DNA of 64,000 nucleotides from Spirochaetota bacterium (lineage in GTDB: Bacteria; Spirochaetota; UBA4802; UBA5550): contig DAISJZ010000003.1 of the NCBI GenBank assembly GCA_036821145.1, positions 16,587-80,586 on the forward strand. Reading direction: 5' to 3'. The position numbers were made by a program, and so were the translations under genes. Below, piece after piece: positions 30,302 through 39,757 of this stretch. Position 1 is the first letter of the stretch; every line of letters starts with the position of its first letter. The notes under the pieces are model-generated. The model did no database searches and was not told the origin of the DNA. It saw only the letters and a list, made by a program, of their open reading frames with translations.

Positions 30302-33013
30302 TTACATTGCTGATCCGGTGATCTTTTCCATTCTGAATTTCTCCATGAAATAGATCATGGTTCCGCATTCAGCCTTTTCTGCGTTAAGGTTGTGAAATTT
30401 AATATCAATAATTTCAGGGGGAGTTGAACCCAAACCGGCAGCTTTTATTTTATCCGGAAGATTCGCAAGCTGCACAGGCCCCACCTTAATATCCCCCTTC
30501 CTGATCATATAATAGGATTGCCCGTCTTTATAGATCACGTCAGACATTACAGCTCCGCCGAATGTTGTGTTTATTACATCCAACTGCATGAGATTTTTAG
30601 TTTCGTCCCTGAAATTATATTTGCCGAATCTGTCTATATCAAGCCTGAAACATGTGATCTGATCCTGGAGAGTCCTCCCTGTGGCGGAACTTTTTGCCCG
30701 TTTCATAGTATTCAGACAAAACCTGTACATATAGGCAAGGAGATCCACGCCATTTTTCTTTTTTATAAATGTAAAGATATTACTGTTTTCATCCATTACA
30801 TAAAAAACCGCATATTTCTGCCTGTCTTCGTAAACGAGAGTAATGCCGTTTATTGATCTTTTGGCATACATCTCATCTATCATGGCAAGATTATTGCTGT
30901 CTTCCGAATATATTCTTATCTCCGGATATCTGAATGGACGCTGTGAAACATAACCTAACATTTCAAAAACAGTATTGAAAGAAGCCACTGTAAGTTCATT
31001 ATCATCACGCGTGACACACACAAGTGTATTGTCAATTACAGTAAGGAGCCTCTGATTATAAAACTGTTTACCCCTGATAAAAAAATCATGGGCCGTCCTG
31101 AACATCTTCTCAACACTCCTGTAAACTTTCCTGTGAGGTTCGGGTGAAAAAAAGTAGCAGAACTCATCAAACTCCTTTTTAGAATGGACACTGTCCTTTA
31201 TCACCTTGGAAAAAATCATCACGAGGTCAGACTGCGATGAATACTTTTTAAGAAAGGACTCCCCCCAGGTATTCATATAAAGATGATAGAAAGAGTTAAT
31301 GGAGCTGGCGTTTGTATCATTAAAATTCATTATTATCATGTTTTTAAGGGTACGCGGAGGCTGAAGAAAATAGCTGTTACCCAGATGCACATTTCCTGAG
31401 CTGAACATTTCGCAGATACGGTTAAGCAGTTCGATTACAAGGTTTTTATTGATATAGTTATAGCCCGACTCAAAGAAGACCCGGCTGAATGTGGGCTCAT
31501 AAAGCTGGTTTATGGCACACCATGAAAGGAGCTTAACAAGATCTTCTTCAGTTCTTATGCTTATCTCCCTTTCATTTCTGTTGTCAATCCTGAGCTTTTT
31601 ATAAAGCTTCCATGCATTCTCCTTCATTCCCTTATTGTCAGGCTCAATACAGAGATACGACTCATTGGGAGTGTCCTTAAAGGTGATGAAATTCTCGATT
31701 TTATCCGGCTCAATGGAAAAATTCGCCTTAAGTTTGCTTGAGAGGAGTTTAAAATCGGAAGCAGATATCTTGCTCTGAAGGTTCATCTCAGGCATCGCCT
31801 TTGAAATCTTCTGATATGAAAGGAGCATAAACTTTTTAATATTATTCCAGAACTGAATTATCCTGTTGTAATCCCAGCTTTCAAAATCATCCAGATCGCG
31901 AATTTCATCTATTCCCCAACCCCATTCGCTCACAACGCTGAACATCATAACAACCTTGTACGGCAGGTTTTTCCTGTCCTTCATTGCTGCGTATTTTGTC
32001 AGCTGAGGATCAATTTTCAGGTATAGGTTCTGTCGCAGTATTTTCAGGAGAGATTTATCATCAAGAACCTCTTCGTAATACCTGTAAACTTCGTTAAACA
32101 TCATCAGATATGAATCAAGGGTGGTCAGATCCGCATCCCCTTTGAGAATTGATGCCTTCACTTTGTGTGAAAGGAGGAGTGTAGAATCCCCGCTGAAAAG
32201 ATAACGCTCAAGTATCCCGATTTTAAGTATAGATTTAAACGGATTGCCGATTGCTTTTATGAGCTGAAAAAGGGCTGCACCTAAAAAATCATCCCTGGAA
32301 ATTTTATAAAGGTTACCTATATCTATAAATTTTTCATCCCTCTCCTCTTCAGGGAGAGATTCAAATATCTTTTCATACTCCGAGTCATTGGCAAATTTCG
32401 GCACCACCCACCAGAAAGGTATTTTGCCTGATACAATGATTGAACTCCTGAAAAACTCATCCTTAAGCACAGCACCAACTGTGGAACCGAATCCCTCTTC
32501 ATCATCTTCAGCAAAAATATTCTGTTTCAGATTGTGGATATCATTAATAAAAATATGAACTTCAATTCCCGCTTCTTTTATTGCCCATCTCTGCACATCC
32601 TCAATCTTGCGGCAGAACATGGCATATCTCTTTTCATCGATTCGTGTTCTTTCAACACAGGCCCAGTAATCGAAATCCGATTTTTTATTGTATGCTATAG
32701 TTCCCACACTCCCCATTAAGGAGAGCATCTCTATAAAGTTTTTTGAAGATGCCGGTGAATAATCCACGGCGAATCTTCCGCGGATATATCTGATAACATC
32801 CTGATCAGGCACATAACCAGCCACGCCGCAGGGGACGTTTCCTTCTACATACCCCGGGACTCTTCTGTCATTCATACAGAGTATGGCGGGGATTGCATTC
32901 ACCACTTTTTTCACATTACTGTTGGTAATGAGACTTTGAAATCTCTGGTATTTCAGTTCATTGAAATTAATGAATGAATTGTAATTCTGCTCAATAGCGC
33001 TTTTTATATCCAT
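30302..33013 (-). CDS. cyaA: Class I adenylate cyclase (CyaA type)
   Basis: 903 aa, colinear with E. coli CyaA from memory. [18 protein letters not shown] matches [38 protein letters not shown] matches [20 protein letters not shown] (pol-beta NTase G[S]x11DxD). [27 protein letters not shown] matches [48 protein letters not shown] matches [22 protein letters not shown]. C-terminal [16 protein letters not shown] matches FNIYILDESNRVEVY. Confidence 0.85.
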   Translation of the reverse strand: [903 protein letters not shown]

Positions 33014-33198
33014 TTTATGAACATGCCGGGTAATACTGACCTTTAATCATACGGTTATTTAGTATTCATCATTAAAATATTACAGTCAAATTATTTTTAT
33101 ATTATAATATTTTTTTAGAGTTTTAAAAAAATAATGGACATTTAACTGACATAAATCAATGAACAAGAGAAGAAGTAGAGTTTACAGAAATAATTTCA

Positions 33199-34293
33199 AT
33201 GAACAGAGTTAACTCTAAAAACATAGAACCATCACTGAAGGAATATTTTTCCATAATAACCTCAACGACCTCCAGAAGCGACGCACTGAAAAGTGTTGCA
33301 GCCCTGGGGATAAAGCATTTTGGAGAATATATTACCCCCGGAAGCCTGAATCTCTCCGATGAAATAGAGATCAACTTTATAGAAATCCTTGACCAGATTA
33401 TATTTGAATTAAGCGGCAGCAGTGATACAATCTCTGAAATAAAAGATTACATAACAGATGACCTGTATTCAAGGTTTTCCCTTACATTAGAAGCACTTGC
33501 CGACTGTGAAAAATATAAGGCAAACCTTAAAAACCGCCCCCTTTACACCGAAGATCTCATAATCATAAGAAGAAAAAACCTGAAAGAATTTATCCCTCTC
33601 CTTATAGCTGAATCAGAGGATATAACAAATCTTGAGAAGAATATACTGAAAACCCTTCTATACTTTACAGAACAGGTTCACCTGGATTATTTTTACAATA
33701 TATTCAGAAATACTTCATCCGGATATATTAAATCCGCCGCCCTGTTAGGGATGAAATATTCATCTAAATCCGGACTTAACTGGAATTCCGTAAAAGATAT
33801 ATCAAACGGCCTGAAAGAACTGGTGGAATATGCAGAAAACTTTAATACTGAGGAAATCTGCAGCAACAGGCTCCCTGAAAATATGGAAGAGATGACGTTT
33901 ATCCTTCTCCATCTTGAAAAAAATATAAATATCCATAAAAGCATAAAAGAAATCAACTGGATACTTACAGTTTTCAGCATAGTACCGCTTCTAAATTTCG
34001 AAAATTCATGGCTTACAGAGATTAATATTTCACTGAGCAACATAATACTTCAGATAGATATTAATCTGATGAGAGAAATTCTTAAAAATGAATCAGCACT
34101 GATTCGCGCTACAAATTTCATCGACTACCTCCCGAGAAACGTGTTCAACAGGCTCACAGGGAGGCTTGATGATATGGGAATGGAATTTATCTACAACCTG
34201 AATCTTGTAATCGAGAAAAAAAAGAAAAGTATGGATGCCTACAACTCAAATATACTCACTTATATCTCATGGAACCCCATTGAATCACTATGA
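33199..34293 (+). CDS. Hypothetical protein (alpha-helical repeat-like)
   Basis: 364 aa ORF transcribed divergently from cyaA. No family recognised, and the start is uncertain. Confidence 0.45.
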   Translation: MNRVNSKNIEPSLKEYFSIITSTTSRSDALKSVAALGIKHFGEYITPGSLNLSDEIEINFIEILDQIIFELSGSSDTISEIKDYITDDLYSRFSLTLEALADCEKYKANLKNRPLYTEDLIIIRRKNLKEFIPLLIAESEDITNLEKNILKTLLYFTEQVHLDYFYNIFRNTSSGYIKSAALLGMKYSSKSGLNWNSVKDISNGLKELVEYAENFNTEEICSNRLPENMEEMTFILLHLEKNINIHKSIKEINWILTVFSIVPLLNFENSWLTEINISLSNIILQIDINLMREILKNESALIRATNFIDYLPRNVFNRLTGRLDDMGMEFIYNLNLVIEKKKKSMDAYNSNILTYISWNPIESL

Positions 34294-35016
34294 ACCTTTA
34301 AGACCCGGCATATTCTTTTTAACAAATCTTCTGAATCTCTCCCTCTCGTGAGCCAGAGCCTGCCCCATTGAAGCCGTATCCCTGTAGTTGATCAGATCCC
34401 TGACAGTAGTAATCATGTCAAACCTGTTCTCACAAATCTGAGAAGCAATTTCCAGCGAACGTTTCATTAAATCATCGGCCGCAACAACTTCATTTACAAG
34501 TCCATACCTTAAAGCCTGCTCTGCATTGATAAACTGGCATGTAAGAGACATCTGTTTTGCCATCCTTTTACCCACTGCCTGCTGCAGAAGCTGCGTCATA
34601 CCCCAGCCCGGGTGTATGCCCACCTTTGCGTGTGTATCAGCAAACATCGCGTTTTCAGACGCTATAAGAAAATCACAGTTAAGAGCGATTTCAAAACCGC
34701 CGGTTATTGCATGGCCATTTACGGCTCCTATAATTGTTTTGCGGCAGGCGCCGAAAACATCAGGAAGATCAACACCGCTCCCCCTTACATCAAAAAGGTT
34801 CTCCTTACCTATTACTGAAAGATCTATACCGGAGCAGAAGGATTTACCATTACCTGTAATTATTGCGACTTTTATATCATCGTTTTTAGAAACTTCATCT
34901 ATTGCATCATATAAACCGGAAAGTAAATCCCTGTTAATTGAATTTCTTCTGTCAGGTCTGTTCAGGGTAATTACCGCTATGTTATTCTGCACATCAAAAA
35001 GAACTGCTTTCTCCAT
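34288..35016 (-). CDS. Enoyl-CoA hydratase/isomerase (crotonase) family protein
   Basis: VAVITLNRPDRRNSIN...FCSGIDL...INGHAITGGFEIALNCD, a typical crotonase fold. Confidence 0.85.
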   Translation of the reverse strand: MEKAVLFDVQNNIAVITLNRPDRRNSINRDLLSGLYDAIDEVSKNDDIKVAIITGNGKSFCSGIDLSVIGKENLFDVRGSGVDLPDVFGACRKTIIGAVNGHAITGGFEIALNCDFLIASENAMFADTHAKVGIHPGWGMTQLLQQAVGKRMAKQMSLTCQFINAEQALRYGLVNEVVAADDLMKRSLEIASQICENRFDMITTVRDLINYRDTASMGQALAHERERFRRFVKKNMPGLKGS

Positions 35017-35149
35017 CTCTGCGCTCCTTATATTTATCTGACCTTTCTATAAAATTATGAATACTCCTTCAAGTCAAAAAAAAAGATTTAAGCTCCAAAA
35101 ATGAGACAGTTTATTATATCCTGAATAGCTAATGAGACGTTTACAGGAG

Positions 35150-35158
35150 TTATCCACA
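35150..35158 (+). promoter_or_regulatory. Perfect DnaA box TTATCCACA
   Basis: Exact 9-mer consensus read directly from the sequence. Confidence 0.6.
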
Positions 35159-35353
35159 GCCGGAAAAACCTTAACAAAAAAATTTTATTGTCCCACAAAA
35201 CGGATATTATTTGCAGAGAGGCAATTTTACTGTAAATGAACTTACTCTCAAAAATTTCAGCGGGCAACCCCTGATTTTATCAGCACTTTCACTCTTATGT
35301 CACATATAAAAATCAGGTTTTATTAAATTATTAAATATTTAACCGTTATACGG

Positions 35354-35378
35354 GAAATTAATTTCGGAAATTAATTTA
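35354..35378. repeat. Tandem AT-rich 12-mers GAAATTAATTTC / GAAATTAATTTA
   Basis: The first 12-mer is a perfect palindrome, and the second follows after 1 nt. They lie 15 nt upstream of the triple DnaA-box block. Confidence 0.6.
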
Positions 35379-35393
35379 CTTTGTTAATTTCTT

Positions 35394-35423
35394 TGTGGAT
35401 AATGTGGATAACTTTGTGGAAAA
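35394..35423 (-). promoter_or_regulatory. Three head-to-tail DnaA boxes (two perfect, one with a single mismatch)
   Basis: TGTGGATAA (35394..35402) and TGTGGATAA (35403..35411) are directly abutting. TGTGGAAAA (35415..35423) follows. All are the reverse complement of TTATCCACA / TTTTCCACA. Confidence 0.6.
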
Positions 35424-35711
35424 CTCAAATTTTAGTAGATTCACATCCTGTTTTAAACATAAATTTTTTTTTAGAAAACTGCGTGTCAATGCTCATATTG
35501 CGACATAATCCGGCCCGAATGTCCCGATATAGCGCAAACTTCTATATTTATTAAATAACAAAAGTCCGGGTAATAAAAAAATTTTTTATTACTTTCCCGG
35601 TTTTAATATCTTCACCACTACCTCATATATTATTGACACTGCAGCCTGCATTAATAACCATACATGCATTAAATAATATAATAAGAAAACTATAACTCAG
35701 GACTAAACTCT

Positions 35712-36449
35712 ATGATCGGCCTTGGAACCATTGTAAACGCTGCTGCTATAATTGCCGGGGGAACTGCCGGAGCCCTGCTTAAAAACGGGCTCCCTGAAAG
35801 ATACAGGGAAACTGTGATGCAGGCTATCGGTCTCTCTGTGCTTATGATAGGGATATCAGGTACACTGCAGGGGATGTATAAAGTTGCAGGGAGCGGGAGG
35901 CTCGACAGGGAGTTTATCATGCTTATGATCTTCAGCCTTGTGATCGGGGCCATTGCCGGGGAGTTTTTTAATATCGAAGATAAGCTGGACAGAATGGGCA
36001 GCTGGTTTCAAAGCCGGTTTGCGAAAGGGAACGGATCCTTTGCCCAGGGTTTTGTCACTGCGAGCCTTGTGTACTGCGTGGGAGCAATGGCAATTGTCGG
36101 TTCACTTGAAGACGGGCTCACAGGAAACACGGCCACACTCTTTGCAAAGGCAATTCTCGACGGAATAAGCGCTGTTATATTTGCTGCAACCATGGGTATA
36201 GGTGTGGCATTCTCAGCTCTGCCGGTTTTTATCTACCAGGGAACAATCACACTTATGGCTGGAGTCATAAAGCCCTGGCTTACACCTGATGTTATTTCAC
36301 AGACTTCACTTGTGGGGAGTATATTAATCATGGCAATAGGGATAAACCTTCTCGACCTGAAGAGAATAAAGGTGGGAAACATGCTCCCCGCAATATTTAT
36401 CCCGCTGATATACTATGTGATAATAACAATTATAACTGGAATGAAGTAA
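35712..36449 (+). CDS. DUF554 family membrane protein
   Basis: MIGLGTIVNAAAIIAGGTAGALLKNGLPERYRE... and the overall ~245 aa multi-TM layout are typical of DUF554 (YqgA-like). Confidence 0.75.
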   Translation: MIGLGTIVNAAAIIAGGTAGALLKNGLPERYRETVMQAIGLSVLMIGISGTLQGMYKVAGSGRLDREFIMLMIFSLVIGAIAGEFFNIEDKLDRMGSWFQSRFAKGNGSFAQGFVTASLVYCVGAMAIVGSLEDGLTGNTATLFAKAILDGISAVIFAATMGIGVAFSALPVFIYQGTITLMAGVIKPWLTPDVISQTSLVGSILIMAIGINLLDLKRIKVGNMLPAIFIPLIYYVIITIITGMK

Positions 36450-36476
36450 AAAATTACAGGCCGGCATTGCTTTACT

Positions 36477-36575
36477 GTCATTCCGTCAGGTGAGAAATCT
36501 TAAAAGCGATAATGAATATTGAAACAATCAGGAGAAAAAATCATAAAGAGATTTCTCACATACGTTCGAAATGAC
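36477..36575. repeat. Inverted-repeat element, family B (GTCATT.CG...GTGAGAAATCT // AGATTTCTCA...TTCGAAATGAC)
   Basis: Left arm GTCATTCCGTCAGGTGAGAAATCT and right arm AGATTTCTCACATACGTTCGAAATGAC. The termini and internal arms are shared with the copies at 47630..47710 and 47726..47860. Confidence 0.6.
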
Positions 36576-36623
36576 ATAATATAAAAAAACCGTTAGCTGC
36601 CATAATAACTAAACATTTTAAAG

Positions 36624-36704
36624 TCTCTCGCCAGGGCGCTAAGACGAAAAGCATTAACAATGTTTAAATATCCTCTCTTTGCGCCTCTCCGGCTTTGCGA
36701 GAGA
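36624..36704. repeat. Imperfect inverted repeat (TCTCTCGCCAGGGCGCTAAGACG ... CTCTTTGCGCCTCTCCGGCTTTGCGAGAGA)
   Basis: The arms are partially complementary, with shared TCTCTCGC..../....GCGAGAGA termini. It lies immediately downstream of the stop of the 36707..37099 gene and is a possible terminator-like hairpin. Confidence 0.4.
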
Positions 36705-36706
36705 TA

Positions 36707-37099
36707 TTAATTAATTGTATGCCCACCTGAGGGGTTCTGCATACTCTTTGCAATCTCTGATGGATCAATATTATCCAGATTTTCGCTAATCAGATCTTCA
36801 AGCCCCAGAACAACAGCATCCATATCATCAATTGTAGGATGATGATCAAATATAAATACAAAGTAGGATCTGAAACTTTTAGTAATCTTTATCCCCAGCT
36901 CGGCAAAAAAAACCTGTTGCCCCTCCCTGGTCAGTATACCTGTTGTTATTGAATCCTCATCTTTCAGTATATTCTCATGCCGCGTGAACAGCTCTGAAAA
37001 ATCATCTTCAAAAAGGGTGTATTCCGTAGCTGAATTCTCCAGCGTACTTATAAAAGAATGGATCCCCAGAAATTTAAAATATATGTATGGTGTACTCAC
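36707..37099 (-). CDS. Hypothetical protein
   Basis: 130 aa ORF downstream of coaX on the same strand. No family recognised. Confidence 0.4.
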   Translation of the reverse strand: MSTPYIYFKFLGIHSFISTLENSATEYTLFEDDFSELFTRHENILKDEDSITTGILTREGQQVFFAELGIKITKSFRSYFVFIFDHHPTIDDMDAVVLGLEDLISENLDNIDPSEIAKSMQNPSGGHTIN

Positions 37100-37153
37100 G
37101 ATTACGCCCCCTCTCCCCTTCAGGCATATCCCCCTTAAATGGGGATAATATAG

Positions 37154-37930
37154 TTATCTGTTATTAAATATATACTTTATCCCGCGCATTGTAAGGTCGG
37201 GATCAATTATAATTTCTCTTTTAAATCCTTCCCGCATTTTAACTGCAAATCCCCCTGTGAGAATTATTCTGAAATTACGTCCATAAAGGGCTTCTATCCT
37301 TTCGCAGATCCCCTCCACCATAGAAATCCAGCCGTAATAAAAACCGGACTTAATTGCATTCACAGTATCTCTTGCCACGAGATCATCCGGCATCTCAAAA
37401 GTTATTTCGGGAAGATTGGATGCAGCGTCAGCAAGAGCTTTCATTGTTGTGCCGACCCCCGGAGCAATGAGCCCTCCGTCAAAACACCCTTCATGATTAA
37501 GCACATCAAAAGTTGCCGCAGTGCCTATGTCCACCACAATACAGCCCGGGCCATATTCATGAAAAGCACCCTCTGTATTCACAATCCTGTCAACGCCTAA
37601 CTGTTTATGATTCTTATAGTTTATAGTTATCGACAGCCTGCTTGTATGGTTTATCTCCAGCGGTTCAAAAGAGAAAAGCCTTTTACATACCCTGTGATAA
37701 GATTTATTCAGCTCAGGCACAACACTTGAAAAAGCTATACCTGTAATCTCAGCCTCAAGTGTATCAAAGTCCGCGTAGTTGCGCAGAGCCATCCTGATAC
37801 AACCCGCAAGCTCGCCGTCATCACCCCGTTTATCTGTTTTTATCCTGTAAGTTTTCTCAGGCTTTACAGATTTATCATCGTAAAGGCCTAACATTGTTGT
37901 TGTATTGCCTATATCTATTCCGAGGAACAT
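37154..37930 (-). CDS. coaX: Type III pantothenate kinase
   Basis: MFLGIDIGNTTTMLGLY... plus the ASKHA-fold motifs DIGTAATFD and GGFA. I prefer ATG 37930 over the ORF-track GTG 37936; it lies 2 nt after the selB stop. Confidence 0.9.
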   Translation of the reverse strand: MFLGIDIGNTTTMLGLYDDKSVKPEKTYRIKTDKRGDDGELAGCIRMALRNYADFDTLEAEITGIAFSSVVPELNKSYHRVCKRLFSFEPLEINHTSRLSITINYKNHKQLGVDRIVNTEGAFHEYGPGCIVVDIGTAATFDVLNHEGCFDGGLIAPGVGTTMKALADAASNLPEITFEMPDDLVARDTVNAIKSGFYYGWISMVEGICERIEALYGRNFRIILTGGFAVKMREGFKREIIIDPDLTMRGIKYIFNNR

Positions 37931-37932
37931 GG

Positions 37933-39756
37933 TCACACCTTTATCCTGAAATCGCCGAGCCTTTTAATCAGGCCGTCAGACTCGATCCTGTTCAGCAGTG
38001 GAAGGATATATTTCCTGGAGAGATCAACAGCATCCTTTGCCTCAGGCACGGTAATCTTGTCCCTTGTGTCAAAGAGCGCCAGAACCTTTCCCTTCATATC
38101 ATTATATACATCCCTGTGATAGATGATGTTTCCGTCAAGGCTTACGAGAAAATCAAGCTTAATGAGGTCCTTCACCTCTTTCTTCATAATGTCATCTTTC
38201 AGCTTATCAATCTCAATCCCCTCACCGCCGCTTTTCAGAACATCAGCAAGGATTCTCTTCTTCGATTCAGGGAGATTTTCAGGTGTGATTGAATCCCCTG
38301 TGAAATATCTGCCGTCCTTTTCCACAAGAGTCTCTGCTGCAGAAATATCTTTTATCAGAAGTGAGCAGATATCAAAAGGTACACCTGATGAATCCGAAAT
38401 CTCCTTCAGGTTAGGACCAAGCTTCCCCTTTATCACACGCTTCATTTTTTCAGTTGATTCAGAGTGGAACCCTTTCCAGAGGATCATCTCCCCTTTAATG
38501 ATTATATCACCGGCAGATTCAAGCTCACCTATAATCCGCTCTATGGCCTTCTTCCCTGAGGGGAGCATGGTGAGCACCCTTTCCCGCTTAATGACGCCGT
38601 TAACCGCTATGCTGAAACTGAGCACCTCTGCCGGGGAGAACGACTTAAGAAGATCAAGATGCTCCCTGAAAATCTTTTTATGCCTGAGCGGATTGTAATC
38701 AGGGAGTATAACACGCCCTCCGCCGATAATCCTGTAACCCCCTGGATTGGTGAGGACAAAGGGCTGCCCGGGATAGAAATTTGATTTCTCATCAAAATGG
38801 ATTCTCACAGGGAAGGCGTTCTCATCCTTAACATCAGTATTCACAATTATAAGTTTCCCTGTTGAGGAGTCTGTTCCTGTGAGTACTTCAACGTATGTAT
38901 TATTCCGTACTTTCTTTTTCTTATCAAGGGGCCTGAACCACGCCAGCACATCATCACTCTGAGTAAAGAAGTTCGGCCTGCACACAATGTCGCCACGTTC
39001 AAGCTCATCCTGCGATACTCCTGTGAGGTTCAGTGCCGTCCTCTGTGAAGGCACACCCTCCTGAAGTTCTTTGTAATGACTTTCGATCTTCTTGATCTTC
39101 ACTTCACGCATAAGGGGGAGGAGGGAAACAGTTTCGTTCTCCCTGAATATTCCGTTCTTCAATGTGCCTGTGATTACAGTACCCACACCTTTCGGAGAAA
39201 AGACCCTGTCTATATAGAGATACGGTTTGTCAGAGTCCGGGGCTTTTGTGAGCTTACGGAGGTTCGTCAGGATCAGCTCCTTAAGCTCAGCAATCCCTGT
39301 GCCTGCTTTCGCAGACACTGCCGCTATATCAGCTTCTGCATAAGGTGTGTCCGCCAGGCGCTCCTTCACCTCCTCCTTTACCATCTCAAGCATCTCCTCA
39401 TCGCCAAGGTCGATCTTGTTTACAACAACAATGAGCCGCTCTATTCCAAGAAGCTGCAGTACCCTGAAGTGGTCCTCTGTCTGAAGCATCCACCCGTCGT
39501 CAAGGGCAATGACAAGGAGAGCAAGATCAACGCCCCAGGCACCCGCAACCATGTTACGGATAAACCTTTCGTGGCCCGGAACATCTATGATGCTCACAGT
39601 TCCGAACTTAGGATACTCAATGCTTGCAAAGCCTATATCTATTGTCATTTCACGCTCTTTCTCTTCAGGGAGCCTGTCGCAGTCTATACCTGTGAGCGCA
39701 CGAATAAGCGATGTCTTTCCGTGGTCAATGTGTCCTGATGTTCCTACTATATACAT
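37933..39756 (-). CDS. selB: Selenocysteine-specific translation elongation factor
   Basis: 607 aa. G-domain GHIDHGKTSLIRALTGIDCDRLPEEKEREMTIDIGFA, DVPGHERF, NKID. A long C-terminal winged-helix extension is typical of SelB. Adjacent to selA. Confidence 0.9.
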   Translation of the reverse strand: MYIVGTSGHIDHGKTSLIRALTGIDCDRLPEEKEREMTIDIGFASIEYPKFGTVSIIDVPGHERFIRNMVAGAWGVDLALLVIALDDGWMLQTEDHFRVLQLLGIERLIVVVNKIDLGDEEMLEMVKEEVKERLADTPYAEADIAAVSAKAGTGIAELKELILTNLRKLTKAPDSDKPYLYIDRVFSPKGVGTVITGTLKNGIFRENETVSLLPLMREVKIKKIESHYKELQEGVPSQRTALNLTGVSQDELERGDIVCRPNFFTQSDDVLAWFRPLDKKKKVRNNTYVEVLTGTDSSTGKLIIVNTDVKDENAFPVRIHFDEKSNFYPGQPFVLTNPGGYRIIGGGRVILPDYNPLRHKKIFREHLDLLKSFSPAEVLSFSIAVNGVIKRERVLTMLPSGKKAIERIIGELESAGDIIIKGEMILWKGFHSESTEKMKRVIKGKLGPNLKEISDSSGVPFDICSLLIKDISAAETLVEKDGRYFTGDSITPENLPESKKRILADVLKSGGEGIEIDKLKDDIMKKEVKDLIKLDFLVSLDGNIIYHRDVYNDMKGKVLALFDTRDKITVPEAKDAVDLSRKYILPLLNRIESDGLIKRLGDFRIKV

Positions 39757-39757
39757 T

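Noticed and set aside
29838-30368. 176 aa minus-strand ORF opposite the Lys/Ala/Pro-rich gene
   Set aside because: Its F/R/C/L-rich product is the mirror image of a K/E/A-rich coding strand. The plus-strand gene has a promoter and RBS.
34526-35041. 171 aa plus-strand ORF over the crotonase gene
   Set aside because: It is antisense to a CDS with clear enoyl-CoA hydratase motifs.
35017-35711. Confident assignment of this region as oriC
   Set aside because: It is kept only as a hypothesis. dnaA/dnaN are not adjacent, and the coding-strand preference (about two thirds minus) is the same on both sides, which does not fit a replication origin in a genome with leading-strand bias.
39076-39738. 220 aa plus-strand ORF inside selB (and 38123..38698, 39509..39889)
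   Set aside because: They are antisense to selB/selA and have no motifs.
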